64,000 bases of DNA from Minisyncoccota bacterium (GTDB lineage Bacteria; Patescibacteriota; Minisyncoccia; UBA6257), in NCBI GenBank assembly GCA_028694995.1, contig JAQVJU010000001.1, forward strand, positions 80,492-144,491, read 5' to 3'. Both the position numbers and the translations under genes were made by a program. How positions within the stretch are numbered: the stretch's first letter is position 1; every line of letters starts with the position of its first letter. The notes beneath the pieces are model-generated. The model saw only the letters and a program-made list of their open reading frames with translations, ran no database searches and was not told the origin of the DNA. Shown piece by piece: positions 28,209 to 37,145 of this stretch.

Positions 28209-30254
28209 ATGAAAGTTTCGTTTAATTGGTTAAAAGATTTATTAAAATTAAAACAAACGCCAAAACAATTGGCAGAGATTTTAACAATGTATTTTGCTGA
28301 AACCACAGTTAAGAGTTTGGGCAAAAGACCAATTTTAGAAGTTGAATTATTATCTAATCAAATTGGTTGGGCTTCTGGTCATCTCAGCTTGGCAAGGGAA
28401 ATAAGTGCTTATTTGAATCAACGTTTTAATTTTCCAGAGCCTGTTTTAAAAGAAGATAAAAAAAATTCAATTAATAATTTATTATCTTTAGATATTCAGA
28501 CAATAAGTTGCAGATATTATTCAGCAAGGGTTTTGCAAGGAGTTAAGGTTAAGGAATCTCCTCAATGGTTAAAACAGAGGTTGCAAGATTGTGGCATTAG
28601 ACCAATCAATAATTTAGTTGATGCCGCTAACTATATTATGTTAGAAACCGGACAGCCTTTGCATGTATTTGATTTTGATACAATTGATTCTCAGAATTCT
28701 AAAAAAAAGATTATTATCAGACAGGCAAAAAACAAAGAAACACTCAATGCCCTTGATGATCAAAAATATCTTTTAAATAAAGAAATGATGGTTATTGCTG
28801 ATAGTAAAACACCCATTGCTTTAGCTGGTATTAAAGGAGGCCAGGAAACAGCTGTTAGTAAAAAAACCCAGAATATCATTTTAGAAAGTGCTAATTTTAG
28901 AGGGAGTAATATTCGTTTAACTTCTAAATCTCTAGGTTTGGCCACAGATGCTTCTTGGAGATTTGAACATGATGTGCCTCTAGAATTAACTTCTTATGCT
29001 CTAGATCGTTTAGCAGAATTAATTCAACAAATAGCCGGAGGTAATATTATAAAAGGAAAGGTAGAAAAAATAAAAGATATTAATAGTTGGCAAAGTGTTA
29101 AAAAGCCCATTTCTATTAAATGGGAAAATTGGGAAAAGTTTTTAGGCTGGTCAATAAAAAAAGAAAGAATATTAAAAAATCTTGATTTATTAGGTTTTTC
29201 ATTTACAAAGCATAAAAACCATCTTTTAGTTATTCAACCTAGGTTTCGTAATGATATCTTAATTAAAGAAGATGTTATGGGAGAGGTAGCGAGGTTAGAG
29301 GGTATTGACTTAATTGAATCTATTTTACCTAAAGAAGAATTAAAATCTCCTATTAGAAATGAATTTTGGTTGTTTCGTGAAAAAATCAAAGACCAATTTA
29401 AAGAATACAAATTAAATGAAATTTACAATTATTCTTTCATTTCCAATAAAGATAAAAATATCTTACCCCAACAATGGCAGCAAAAGATAATTGAAATAGA
29501 AAATCCAACCAGTTCTTTAACTCAATACTTACGATCAACTCTTTTAATTAATCTTCTAAAAAATATTAGAGATAACTTTCGCTTTGTTGATAAGATTAGG
29601 TTTTTTGAATTAGGAAATATTTATTCTTTTAAAAAAGAAGAATATGTTTTTGGTGGAATTTTGGCTCAGAAGACCAAGTTAGATAATAATCAATTATTCT
29701 ATCAAGCTAAAGGAATGATTGAAGATTTATTTGTTAGCCTTGGTATTAATCAGCATGATTGTATTTTTAAAGATTTAAAGAAAACAGAATATGCAGATTT
29801 ATTAGAGCAAGGAGCAGGAATTTTTGTTAATCAAAAGTTTATTGGTGTTTTAGGCAAACCTCAAGAGTTTTTTAAAAAATATTATGATTGTCAAGGAGAA
29901 ACAATGTTTTGGGAAATTGAATTAAAATCTTTGTTTGATTTAGCTAAAAAAGAAAAAGAATTTCAGGCTTTACCTAAATTCCCAGCTGTTATCAGAGATA
30001 TTTCTTTTGTAATTTCAAAAGATATTCTCATTGGTGAGATTTTAAATATTTTACAAAAAACTTCTCCTTCTTTCTTAAAGGAAATAGATTTATTTGATGT
30101 TTATATGGGTAAAAACCTGCCTTTAGAAAGTAAAAGCTTATCTTTTCATCTTATGTTTAGATCATCAAAATACACCTTAACTAATATTGAGGTTGATAAA
30201 GAAATGGAAAAGATTTACAAAACCTTAAAAGATTTAGGCGCGAAAATTAGATAA
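28209..30254 (+). CDS. pheT: Phenylalanine--tRNA ligase beta subunit (short form lacking N-terminal tRNA-binding OB domain)
   Basis: The 681 aa protein is alignable to PheT B3/4, B5 and catalytic-like domains. The EMAP/OB region that normally follows the first ~40 aa is absent. Confidence 0.8.
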   Translation: MKVSFNWLKDLLKLKQTPKQLAEILTMYFAETTVKSLGKRPILEVELLSNQIGWASGHLSLAREISAYLNQRFNFPEPVLKEDKKNSINNLLSLDIQTISCRYYSARVLQGVKVKESPQWLKQRLQDCGIRPINNLVDAANYIMLETGQPLHVFDFDTIDSQNSKKKIIIRQAKNKETLNALDDQKYLLNKEMMVIADSKTPIALAGIKGGQETAVSKKTQNIILESANFRGSNIRLTSKSLGLATDASWRFEHDVPLELTSYALDRLAELIQQIAGGNIIKGKVEKIKDINSWQSVKKPISIKWENWEKFLGWSIKKERILKNLDLLGFSFTKHKNHLLVIQPRFRNDILIKEDVMGEVARLEGIDLIESILPKEELKSPIRNEFWLFREKIKDQFKEYKLNEIYNYSFISNKDKNILPQQWQQKIIEIENPTSSLTQYLRSTLLINLLKNIRDNFRFVDKIRFFELGNIYSFKKEEYVFGGILAQKTKLDNNQLFYQAKGMIEDLFVSLGINQHDCIFKDLKKTEYADLLEQGAGIFVNQKFIGVLGKPQEFFKKYYDCQGETMFWEIELKSLFDLAKKEKEFQALPKFPAVIRDISFVISKDILIGEILNILQKTSPSFLKEIDLFDVYMGKNLPLESKSLSFHLMFRSSKYTLTNIEVDKEMEKIYKTLKDLGAKIR

Positions 30255-30265
30255 ATACTTTAATT

Positions 30266-32353
30266 ATGGTAAAAAAAATAAAACAAAAACCAACAGAAAA
30301 AAAAGAAATCTTAAATGATAACAATTCATATACGGCTAAGGATATTTATGTTTTAGAAGGATTAGATCCAGTTCGGAAAAGACCAGGAATGTATATTGGC
30401 TCCACTGGAGTTGATGGTCTTCATCATTTAATTTGGGAAGTAGTGGATAATAGCATTGATGAAGCAATGGCTGGGTTTGCCAAGAATATTTTAATTGAAA
30501 TCCTAGCAGAAAATGAAGTGGCTATAACTGATGATGGTAGAGGAATTCCAGTTGATACTCATGAAAAAACTAAAAAATCAGCCTTGGAAATTGTTTTAAC
30601 CACTCTTCATGCTGGAGGTAAGTTTGGAGGCAAATCATATAAAGTGGCTGGGGGTTTGCATGGAGTTGGCGTTTCAGTGGTCAATGCTCTTTCAGAACAT
30701 TTACAAGCAGAGATTTGTCGTGAAGGAGCTTTGTATCAACAAGAATACAGTCGGGGGAAAGCAATAACTAAATTAAAAAAAGTAGGTAAATCCAATCAAG
30801 AAGGAACAAAGATTATCTTTAAGCCAGACCCAGAGATTTTTAAAGATATTAAGTTTGATACAAAGAAAATCTTAGATCATTTGCGCCAGCAAGCTTACTT
30901 AACCCCAGGGACAACAATTAGGTTTAAGGATTATCGTGAAGGAACTAAACTCTCTTCTTATACTTTTCATTTTGAAAGTGGAATCATTGCCTTAATAAGA
31001 TACTTGGCCAGAGACTATAAAAGACTAACTAGAAATGTATTTTATGTTAGTCAAGAGAAAGAAAATATTTTAGTAGAAGTAGCCTTAGCTTATATAGATG
31101 ATAATGAAAGCACTGAAGCGTCTTTTGCTAATAATATTTATACGCCTGAAGGAGGGATGCATTTAACTGGTTTTCGCTCAGCCTTAACAAGAAGTTTAAA
31201 TGATTATGCAAAAGAACAAGAGATTTTTAAAAATGGCAATGGTAGTTTTGCAGGAGAAGATACGCGTGAAGGTTTAATAGCAGTAATTAGCGTTAAATTA
31301 CAAGAACCTCAATTTGAAGGTCAAACTAAAGCCAAATTAGGCAATCCAGAGGTAAGAACTGCAGTAGAGCAGATAGTTAGTGAAAGTTTTAAAGAATTCT
31401 TAGAAATTAACAAAGAAGACGCAAAGAGAATTATTGAAAAATCATTATTAAGCGCTAAAGCGCGGGAAGCGGCAAAAAAAGCAAGGGAGAATATTTTAAG
31501 AAAAGGAATTTTAGAAGGAACAACTTTACCTGGAAAATTAGCTGATTGTATTTCCCGTCGAGCTGAAGAATCAGAATTGTTTATTGTTGAAGGAGATAGT
31601 GCTGGGGGCAGCGCTAAGACTGGAAGAGATCGCAATACGCAAGCGATTCTTCCTTTAAGAGGGAAGATTTTGAATATAGAAAAAAGTCGTTTTGATAGGA
31701 TGATGTCTTCAGAAGAAATAAAGTCTTTAATTGTGGCTTTGGGTACAGCCATAAGTGAAGATTTTAATTTGAATAAACTTCGTTATCATAAGGTTGTTAT
31801 TATGACTGACGCAGATTCTGATGGCGCTCATATCAGGACTCTTTTATTAACGCTTTTCTTTAGATATTTTCGTCCGATTATAGATCATGGTTATCTCTAT
31901 ATTGCTCAACCACCTCTTTATCGTATTCAAAAAGGCAAGGAAGTTCATTATGCTTATAATGAAGCAGAAAAACAGGAAGTTTTAGATAAAATTCAAGGCA
32001 AGACAAAGGAAAAAGAAACTTCAAAATCAAAGGTAAGAAAATTGAAATTAGTTTCTGAAAGCAAAGAAGAATCAATTTTAGCTGTAGAAGAGCCAATGCC
32101 TGAATCAAAAACTGATGAGCTTGCTGAATTAAAAGGAATATCAATCCAACGCTACAAAGGTTTGGGAGAAATGAATCCAGATCAATTATGGGAAACAACC
32201 ATGGATCCAGCACAAAGGGTTTTGAAATTAGTCACCATTGAAAATGCTGAAAATGCTGATAGATTGTTTGATATCTTAATGGGTAAAGAAGTTTTACCAC
32301 GTAAGAAATTTATTCAAGCCTATGCTCAGAAAGTTCAAAACTTGGATGTTTAG
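30266..32353 (+). CDS. gyrB: DNA gyrase subunit B
   Basis: It has the GHKL ATPase, the TOPRIM (EGDSAGG, PLRGKILN) and a GyrB C-terminal domain. The origin-proximal position favours GyrB over ParE. Confidence 0.85.
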   Translation: MVKKIKQKPTEKKEILNDNNSYTAKDIYVLEGLDPVRKRPGMYIGSTGVDGLHHLIWEVVDNSIDEAMAGFAKNILIEILAENEVAITDDGRGIPVDTHEKTKKSALEIVLTTLHAGGKFGGKSYKVAGGLHGVGVSVVNALSEHLQAEICREGALYQQEYSRGKAITKLKKVGKSNQEGTKIIFKPDPEIFKDIKFDTKKILDHLRQQAYLTPGTTIRFKDYREGTKLSSYTFHFESGIIALIRYLARDYKRLTRNVFYVSQEKENILVEVALAYIDDNESTEASFANNIYTPEGGMHLTGFRSALTRSLNDYAKEQEIFKNGNGSFAGEDTREGLIAVISVKLQEPQFEGQTKAKLGNPEVRTAVEQIVSESFKEFLEINKEDAKRIIEKSLLSAKAREAAKKARENILRKGILEGTTLPGKLADCISRRAEESELFIVEGDSAGGSAKTGRDRNTQAILPLRGKILNIEKSRFDRMMSSEEIKSLIVALGTAISEDFNLNKLRYHKVVIMTDADSDGAHIRTLLLTLFFRYFRPIIDHGYLYIAQPPLYRIQKGKEVHYAYNEAEKQEVLDKIQGKTKEKETSKSKVRKLKLVSESKEESILAVEEPMPESKTDELAELKGISIQRYKGLGEMNPDQLWETTMDPAQRVLKLVTIENAENADRLFDILMGKEVLPRKKFIQAYAQKVQNLDV

Positions 32354-32430
32354 AAAATAAATCTAAAAATGCCAAATGAATATATTTGACATTTAGTAAT
32401 AAATTCAGTAATAATGTTATATCAAAAATC

Positions 32431-32958
32431 ATGTTAATATTAAGATTTCAAAAACAAGGAAAAAAGAAAGATTTTGTTTTTCGGATTATAGCGGTTGATT
32501 CTAGGGTGGCAGTAAATAGTGGAAAAGCAAAAGAGATTTTAGGTTGGTATAATCCTAAGACAAAACAAACAGAATTAAAAAAAGAAAGAATTCTTTATTG
32601 GCTTAATCAAGGAGCCCAGGTTTCAGATACCTGTTATAATTTTTTAATCCAAAACAAAGTTATTCAAGGCAAGAAACGGCCAATTAAAATTAGTAAAAAG
32701 AAAGTTAAGAAAGAAGAACCTATTGAAAAAACAGAGCAGGCAAAACAAGAGCAAGTAACAGAAGACATAAAAGAAGAAATTAAATCAGAAACAGAATCTC
32801 AAGAAAAGGTTTTTGAAAAAGAAGAAACTGATTTAGAAACAAAAGAAGAAACAAAAGAAAAATTACCCGAGAAAGAAATAGAAATTAAAACAGAAAAACA
32901 AAGAGAAGAAAAAACAGAAGAGAAAGAAGAAGAGAAAGAAGAAGAGAAAGACTCGTGA
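32431..32958 (+). CDS. rpsP: 30S ribosomal protein S16 with long E/K-rich C-terminal extension
   Basis: The S16 core (FRIIAVDSRVAVNSGKAKEILGWYNP ... ERILYWLNQGAQVS) is present. The ORF track starts at 32386. The start at 32431 (MLILRF) fits the S16 N-terminus better. Confidence 0.75.
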   Translation: MLILRFQKQGKKKDFVFRIIAVDSRVAVNSGKAKEILGWYNPKTKQTELKKERILYWLNQGAQVSDTCYNFLIQNKVIQGKKRPIKISKKKVKKEEPIEKTEQAKQEQVTEDIKEEIKSETESQEKVFEKEETDLETKEETKEKLPEKEIEIKTEKQREEKTEEKEEEKEEEKDS

Positions 32959-33069
32959 AATTAAAATACCTTATAATTTTTTAAATTTTTTCTATTAGAT
33001 TGTCCTTTATTAATTTATTCTTCGATTGAAACTATAGCTAAAATTATTGCTTTCATATTTTTTAAATTT

Positions 33070-33957
33070 TTAATTTAACGTATCTACAAAAAATACTCGT
33101 TGGCAAAAGGCACTAATCCCTATGCCATTAGTAGCATTAGTTTGTATTCTGTAAGTTGGTACGTTGTTTATATAAATAGTGTATCCTACACCTGAATCTT
33201 TTTTAGCCTCGATTAGATGAGCGATTTTTACTTCTTTTTCTATGGGTTTATAAACAACTGTGCCTTTTGAATTAGCGATAATTACATAAAGATCTTCGTC
33301 TTGAGCATCTAAGATAAAATTTAAAAACTTAGATTTATCTTCTATTGGCAAGTTATTAAAAGCCTTTAAGCATAACTTATTAAGTTTTAATTGGTATTGC
33401 TGGCCATTATTTGTTGCCCATTTTAGTAATTTCTTATTTTCTAGAATCTTTTTCTTTAATTCACTTTGTGATATTTGAGGTTTATCTATATATTTTTTTA
33501 GTTTCTGCCACATTTCTTTATACTCAGGTTCAAAATTTATACCTAAATATTTTTTTAAACTTCTCATTCCTAGATTTTTTATTGTTCCAGTTCCGCTTTG
33601 AGCAATGGATTTTATTGAGAATCTTGTAAATTTATGAGTTATGTGTTCAGTGTCCACGTCCGATGTTGTTTTTATGGTGAGTTTTCTGCCTACCCATAAT
33701 ACCTCAATAATTTTTCCTTTTTTTGATATTTCAAAATCCAAAATATCTTTTAGAATTTTAATTAATTTTAATAAATTATCGTTTTGTAATTTTAATCGTT
33801 CTTCCCCGTTCGGTAATTCAAGAACCTGATTAGATAATAAAGCTAAATTTTTACTATAAACAAATCTAATATTGTAAAGATGGCAAATATACTGAACAAT
33901 TAATAATTCAAAATAATCTGCTTGGGCTCTATTTGATTTAACTTTTCTGTTTTTCAT
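33070..33957 (-). CDS. Putative restriction endonuclease partnered with adjacent MTase
   Basis: The 295 aa protein overlaps the 3' end of the MTase gene by 20 nt (operon). It has a possible PD-(D/E)xK-like D..D.EH..HK segment. There is no confident family match from sequence alone. Confidence 0.35.
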   Translation of the reverse strand: MKNRKVKSNRAQADYFELLIVQYICHLYNIRFVYSKNLALLSNQVLELPNGEERLKLQNDNLLKLIKILKDILDFEISKKGKIIEVLWVGRKLTIKTTSDVDTEHITHKFTRFSIKSIAQSGTGTIKNLGMRSLKKYLGINFEPEYKEMWQKLKKYIDKPQISQSELKKKILENKKLLKWATNNGQQYQLKLNKLCLKAFNNLPIEDKSKFLNFILDAQDEDLYVIIANSKGTVVYKPIEKEVKIAHLIEAKKDSGVGYTIYINNVPTYRIQTNATNGIGISAFCQRVFFVDTLN

Positions 33958-35407
33958 ATTTTTTTATATACTTTATGATTATTTTATTAATACTATTTTG
34001 ATATTTTTTAAAGTCAAAGGCATAATTTTTCTTTAAATTATCAATAATAAATTTCGAAGTTTGGGAAATTTGCTTTAAATCCTTTTTAGAAAATTTTAGC
34101 ATTGGTAATTTCCTAATATCTCTTATTTGAATAGAATTAGTATGGTTTATTATTTTGATTAATTCATTATATGGTTTACTGTTTAATAACCCTATAAAGA
34201 AGTAAACAGGATATTTTCTTGGATTTTTTGGGAAAAAGCACATTGCTTTATTACTTTCCCACATTGCTCCTTTATAGGCTAAACGAGCTGAAAGGCTAGA
34301 GCATACTCCTGATATAATGAACCCCTGTTTTTCTTTATATTGTTCCAACCCATTTAGCATTTTATATTTTTTTATTACTTCTTTGTTCCATTTAATAGCA
34401 TATTTGGGTTTTTTATAATACTTGTTATTTCCACCGGTTTTGTGATATATTTTCCAACCATTTCCTTGTTTTATATTTTGGAACAATACAATATTCTTAT
34501 TTTTTTTATTCAATTGAATATTTTCGTCTTTGTAATCTATTAGTGCTAAATATTGCTTATTATTAGTTGTATGCATACCAAGTCCTCCTTCTAAGAAATC
34601 TACTAATTTTTCATTAGCTGAAGTTAGAACATTTAAGAGGTTAATATTATTTTTAAAGTAGAAAACATAATCTGGGTATTTTAAAATATCTAATTGAGAA
34701 ACCATCCAGATTTTTCCTTTATAGTCACCTAATTCGTTTTTTCTACAATCATTAAATTTAATTTTATGATTTTTAGGAAATTTATTTTTAACCAAATGAA
34801 TAATACTGGTTTGGATCATAGTGCCACTATCTTTAAATAAGGATGGGGGACAAAGGGTAATTTCCTTAATAGTGAAATTATTTAGAATCCAATATCTTAA
34901 TTTTTTATGAATTCCAAGAGTTCTATAGGTATCACTTATTATGAAAACAAGTTCACCATTTTGAGATAAAAGATTGCCACATAAGTAAATAAACATAGCA
35001 TATGTATCGTTAACTCCTATTTCCTTATAGATTTTTTTAAGTTTATTTTTATTGTTTTTAATATATAAGCTTTGTTTATTTAAATAGGGTGGATTTCCAA
35101 TAACATGGGTAAAGATAGGTTGAAATGATGATTTTAGATTTGTTTCTAAAAGTGTGTCTTTTACTGTAAATTTTACGCCTAAGTTTTTAATGTTTTTCTC
35201 TACTTGTAGATTTATGTCCCATACTTCAATTTGCTTAGGTTTTAAGAGTTTTTTATTTAATATAGATTTAATAAAAATTCCATCGCCACCACATGGCTCA
35301 AGAAGTTTAGCTTTTTCATTTAATTTATTAAATAAGCTAATCATATAACTTGCTGTGTGGGCAGGAGTATAAAATGCACCCAAATCTTTTTTTAATTGTT
35401 TATTCAT
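33938..35407 (-). CDS. N6-adenine-specific DNA methyltransferase (gamma-class, TaqI/Eco57I-like)
   Basis: It has N-terminal DLGAFYTPAHTASYM (the FxTP motif) and a catalytic NPPY (VIGNPPYLNKQS). Confidence 0.8.
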   Translation of the reverse strand: MNKQLKKDLGAFYTPAHTASYMISLFNKLNEKAKLLEPCGGDGIFIKSILNKKLLKPKQIEVWDINLQVEKNIKNLGVKFTVKDTLLETNLKSSFQPIFTHVIGNPPYLNKQSLYIKNNKNKLKKIYKEIGVNDTYAMFIYLCGNLLSQNGELVFIISDTYRTLGIHKKLRYWILNNFTIKEITLCPPSLFKDSGTMIQTSIIHLVKNKFPKNHKIKFNDCRKNELGDYKGKIWMVSQLDILKYPDYVFYFKNNINLLNVLTSANEKLVDFLEGGLGMHTTNNKQYLALIDYKDENIQLNKKNKNIVLFQNIKQGNGWKIYHKTGGNNKYYKKPKYAIKWNKEVIKKYKMLNGLEQYKEKQGFIISGVCSSLSARLAYKGAMWESNKAMCFFPKNPRKYPVYFFIGLLNSKPYNELIKIINHTNSIQIRDIRKLPMLKFSKKDLKQISQTSKFIIDNLKKNYAFDFKKYQNSINKIIIKYIKKYEKQKS

Positions 35408-35416
35408 AAATACCTG

Positions 35417-35593
35417 CTATTTTATTTCTAATTTGTTTAAAAATTTATTAAATTCTTTTTTACCTATTCTAAATTCCTTACTCATTTTATAAGCCTTTAA
35501 TTTTCTTGCTTTAATATAGCGGTAAATAGTCATTATATTTACCCTTAACTTATCGGCTAATTCTTGGGCCGTATAATATTCTTGTTGTTGCAT
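35417..35593 (-). CDS. Excisionase/AlpA-family helix-turn-helix DNA-binding protein (possible R-M controller or Xis)
   Basis: Manual translation gives MQQQEYYTAQELADKLRVNIMTIYRYIKARKLKAYKMSKEFRIGKKEFNKFLNKLEIK (58 aa). It fits the Xis-type HTH consensus (..eaAelLgvs..TiyrlikeGklpavkiG.r.rI...dl..fl). It is below the ORF-track size cutoff. Confidence 0.6.
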   Translation of the reverse strand: MQQQEYYTAQELADKLRVNIMTIYRYIKARKLKAYKMSKEFRIGKKEFNKFLNKLEIK

Positions 35594-35824
35594 ACAGTTG
35601 TATTATACTTTACAATTCTTTACATAGCAAAGTAGATAATTCTATACAGATATGTTTTAAAACATTGCCTAGGCCTTAATCCAGATGTAACATTTCTTTT
35701 AACTAATAAAGTTTTATTTAATATTTAACATTGACTTTATCTTAATTTAGTGATATAGTATACACATTGAGTTGTGAGTTTTTTTGTTCTTTGAAATTTA
35801 ATAAATAAGAAAGGAGAGGTAATC

Positions 35825-36151
35825 ATGTTAATTAAGAAAAGACTAATAAAAAGCAATGGAATAAGGTTTTCAGCCCAAATCAACGGGAAGGAAGTGGGTA
35901 GAGCCTATCTCTATGTTCTCTTTAATGATTTACACCCTAAGCCTTTTGGGTTGTTAGAAGATGTGTTTGTTGAAGAAGAGTTTAGAGGTAAAGGAATAGG
36001 AACATCTTTAACCAAGGCTGTAATAGAAGAAGCTAAGCCTTTGTGTTATAAACTAATTGCTACTAGCAGGTATTATAGGCCTGCAGTGCATCAGTTGTAT
36101 CAAGGGCTAGGGTTTATGCATTGGGGGAAAGAATTTAGAATAGATTTTTAA
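35825..36151 (+). CDS. GNAT-family N-acetyltransferase (small)
   Basis: It has acetyl-CoA binding motif A (EDVFVEEEFRGKGIGTSLTKAVIEEA). A strong RBS AAAGGAGAGG lies 6 nt upstream. Confidence 0.7.
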   Translation: MLIKKRLIKSNGIRFSAQINGKEVGRAYLYVLFNDLHPKPFGLLEDVFVEEEFRGKGIGTSLTKAVIEEAKPLCYKLIATSRYYRPAVHQLYQGLGFMHWGKEFRIDF

Positions 36152-36169
36152 AAACAAAAGGAGGTGGCA

Positions 36170-36658
36170 GTGGTGAGAACAAGAAGACAAAAGTTTTTAA
36201 TAGTTTTGTTTGCAGTATTGCTATTTATAGTTTTGCAAGCAGAAGCCAAAGGGATAGAAGAATACAAGATAAGCTTTACATTTTGCGCCAATGACAATAA
36301 TTGCGTAGTAAGGCTTAAGGATCCTTTTGGAGAATTGTCTTATAATGAAACACTAGAGGTAGCTCCTTTATTAATAGATGGAACAGACTGGGATATTTTT
36401 CTTCCTTTAAAAGACTTGGTAAGAATGATGGGGGGATTTATTCGTTGGTATCCTAGGAATAAACAGGTTGAGGTAATTTTTCAAGGAGACCAAGTGTTTT
36501 GGGTTTTTTCTTTAATTGATAATCCTAAAATTCTTGTTTTTCATGGGAAAATAATGATTTCTACAAAATTTGTTGTTGAAAACTTAATTCCAAGCGAGGT
36601 GTTCAGGAACAAGGCTTTAAAGACTATAATTTTAACCTGGCCTCTTTCTCTAGATTAA
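36170..36658 (+). CDS. Exported protein with copper-amine-oxidase-N-terminal-like (Firmicutes-type) domain
   Basis: It has a signal peptide and segments (VAPLLIDGTDWDIFLPLKDLVRMMGGFIRWYPRNKQVEVIF) that resemble the Cu-amine-oxidase N-domain repeat. The RBS is AAAGGAGG, and the GTG start was chosen by spacing (the track starts at 36164). Confidence 0.4.
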   Translation: MVRTRRQKFLIVLFAVLLFIVLQAEAKGIEEYKISFTFCANDNNCVVRLKDPFGELSYNETLEVAPLLIDGTDWDIFLPLKDLVRMMGGFIRWYPRNKQVEVIFQGDQVFWVFSLIDNPKILVFHGKIMISTKFVVENLIPSEVFRNKALKTIILTWPLSLD

Positions 36659-36676
36659 AAGAAAGGAGAGAAAGAA

Positions 36677-36847
36677 ATGGAAAAGAAAACAAAAGATAAA
36701 TGTGTAATTTGTGGAATTGAAACCAGATATAAAAACAATGTACATATTCAGCTAAGAGAAAATTATATCGAAGGTGGAGGACAATTATGTCAGGATTGTT
36801 GGGAGGATTTATATAAAAAGAAAAAATATAAAAAAGAAAGGAGGTAA
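36677..36847 (+). CDS. Small CxxC...CxxC zinc-ribbon protein (56 aa), paralog of next gene
   Basis: Manual translation gives MEKKTKDKCVICGIETRYKNNVHIQLRENYIEGGGQLCQDCWEDLYKKKKYKKERR. The RBS is GAAAGGAGAG. Confidence 0.5.
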   Translation: MEKKTKDKCVICGIETRYKNNVHIQLRENYIEGGGQLCQDCWEDLYKKKKYKKERR

Positions 36848-36851
36848 AAGA

Positions 36852-37061
36852 ATGGACACAAAAGTTAAATGTTCTGCCTGTGGCGGTAAAACAGCTTATA
36901 ATTCATTGAATAGAAAAAGGTTCGTTGAAGGATGGGGGCAACTATGTGTAAGTTGTTGGAGGGACTTGGGAGAGAGTTACCCTTTCCCAATGTTTCTTGA
37001 AAGAAAGAACTTCTCCAAAAAAAAGAAAATTTTCTGGGGGAGGAAAAATAAAAGGAGGTAA
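36852..37061 (+). CDS. Small CxxC...CxxC zinc-ribbon protein (69 aa)
   Basis: The protein is MDTKVKCSACGGKTAYNSLNRKRFVEGWGQLCVSCWRDLGE.... The RBS is AAAGGAGGT. The ORF track's longer N-terminus (36774) overlaps the previous gene and lacks an RBS. Confidence 0.5.
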   Translation: MDTKVKCSACGGKTAYNSLNRKRFVEGWGQLCVSCWRDLGESYPFPMFLERKNFSKKKKIFWGRKNKRR

Positions 37062-37072
37062 AGATAAAACAA

Positions 37073-37104
37073 CAAGGAGGATAAAAATATCCTCCTTTTT
37101 ATTT
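37073..37104 (+). terminator. Intrinsic terminator closing the island operon
   Basis: A hairpin is followed by TTTTTA. Confidence 0.6.
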
Positions 37105-37145
37105 AATTTGTTTTTATTATATCGGTGTAGTAATATAATGAAAAG

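Noticed and set aside
36774-36851. ORF-track N-terminal extension (MEDNYVRIVGRIYIKRKNIKKKGGKR) of the second Zn-ribbon protein
   Set aside because: It overlaps the upstream paralog's 3' end. The strong RBS AAAGGAGGT is positioned for the internal ATG at 36852.
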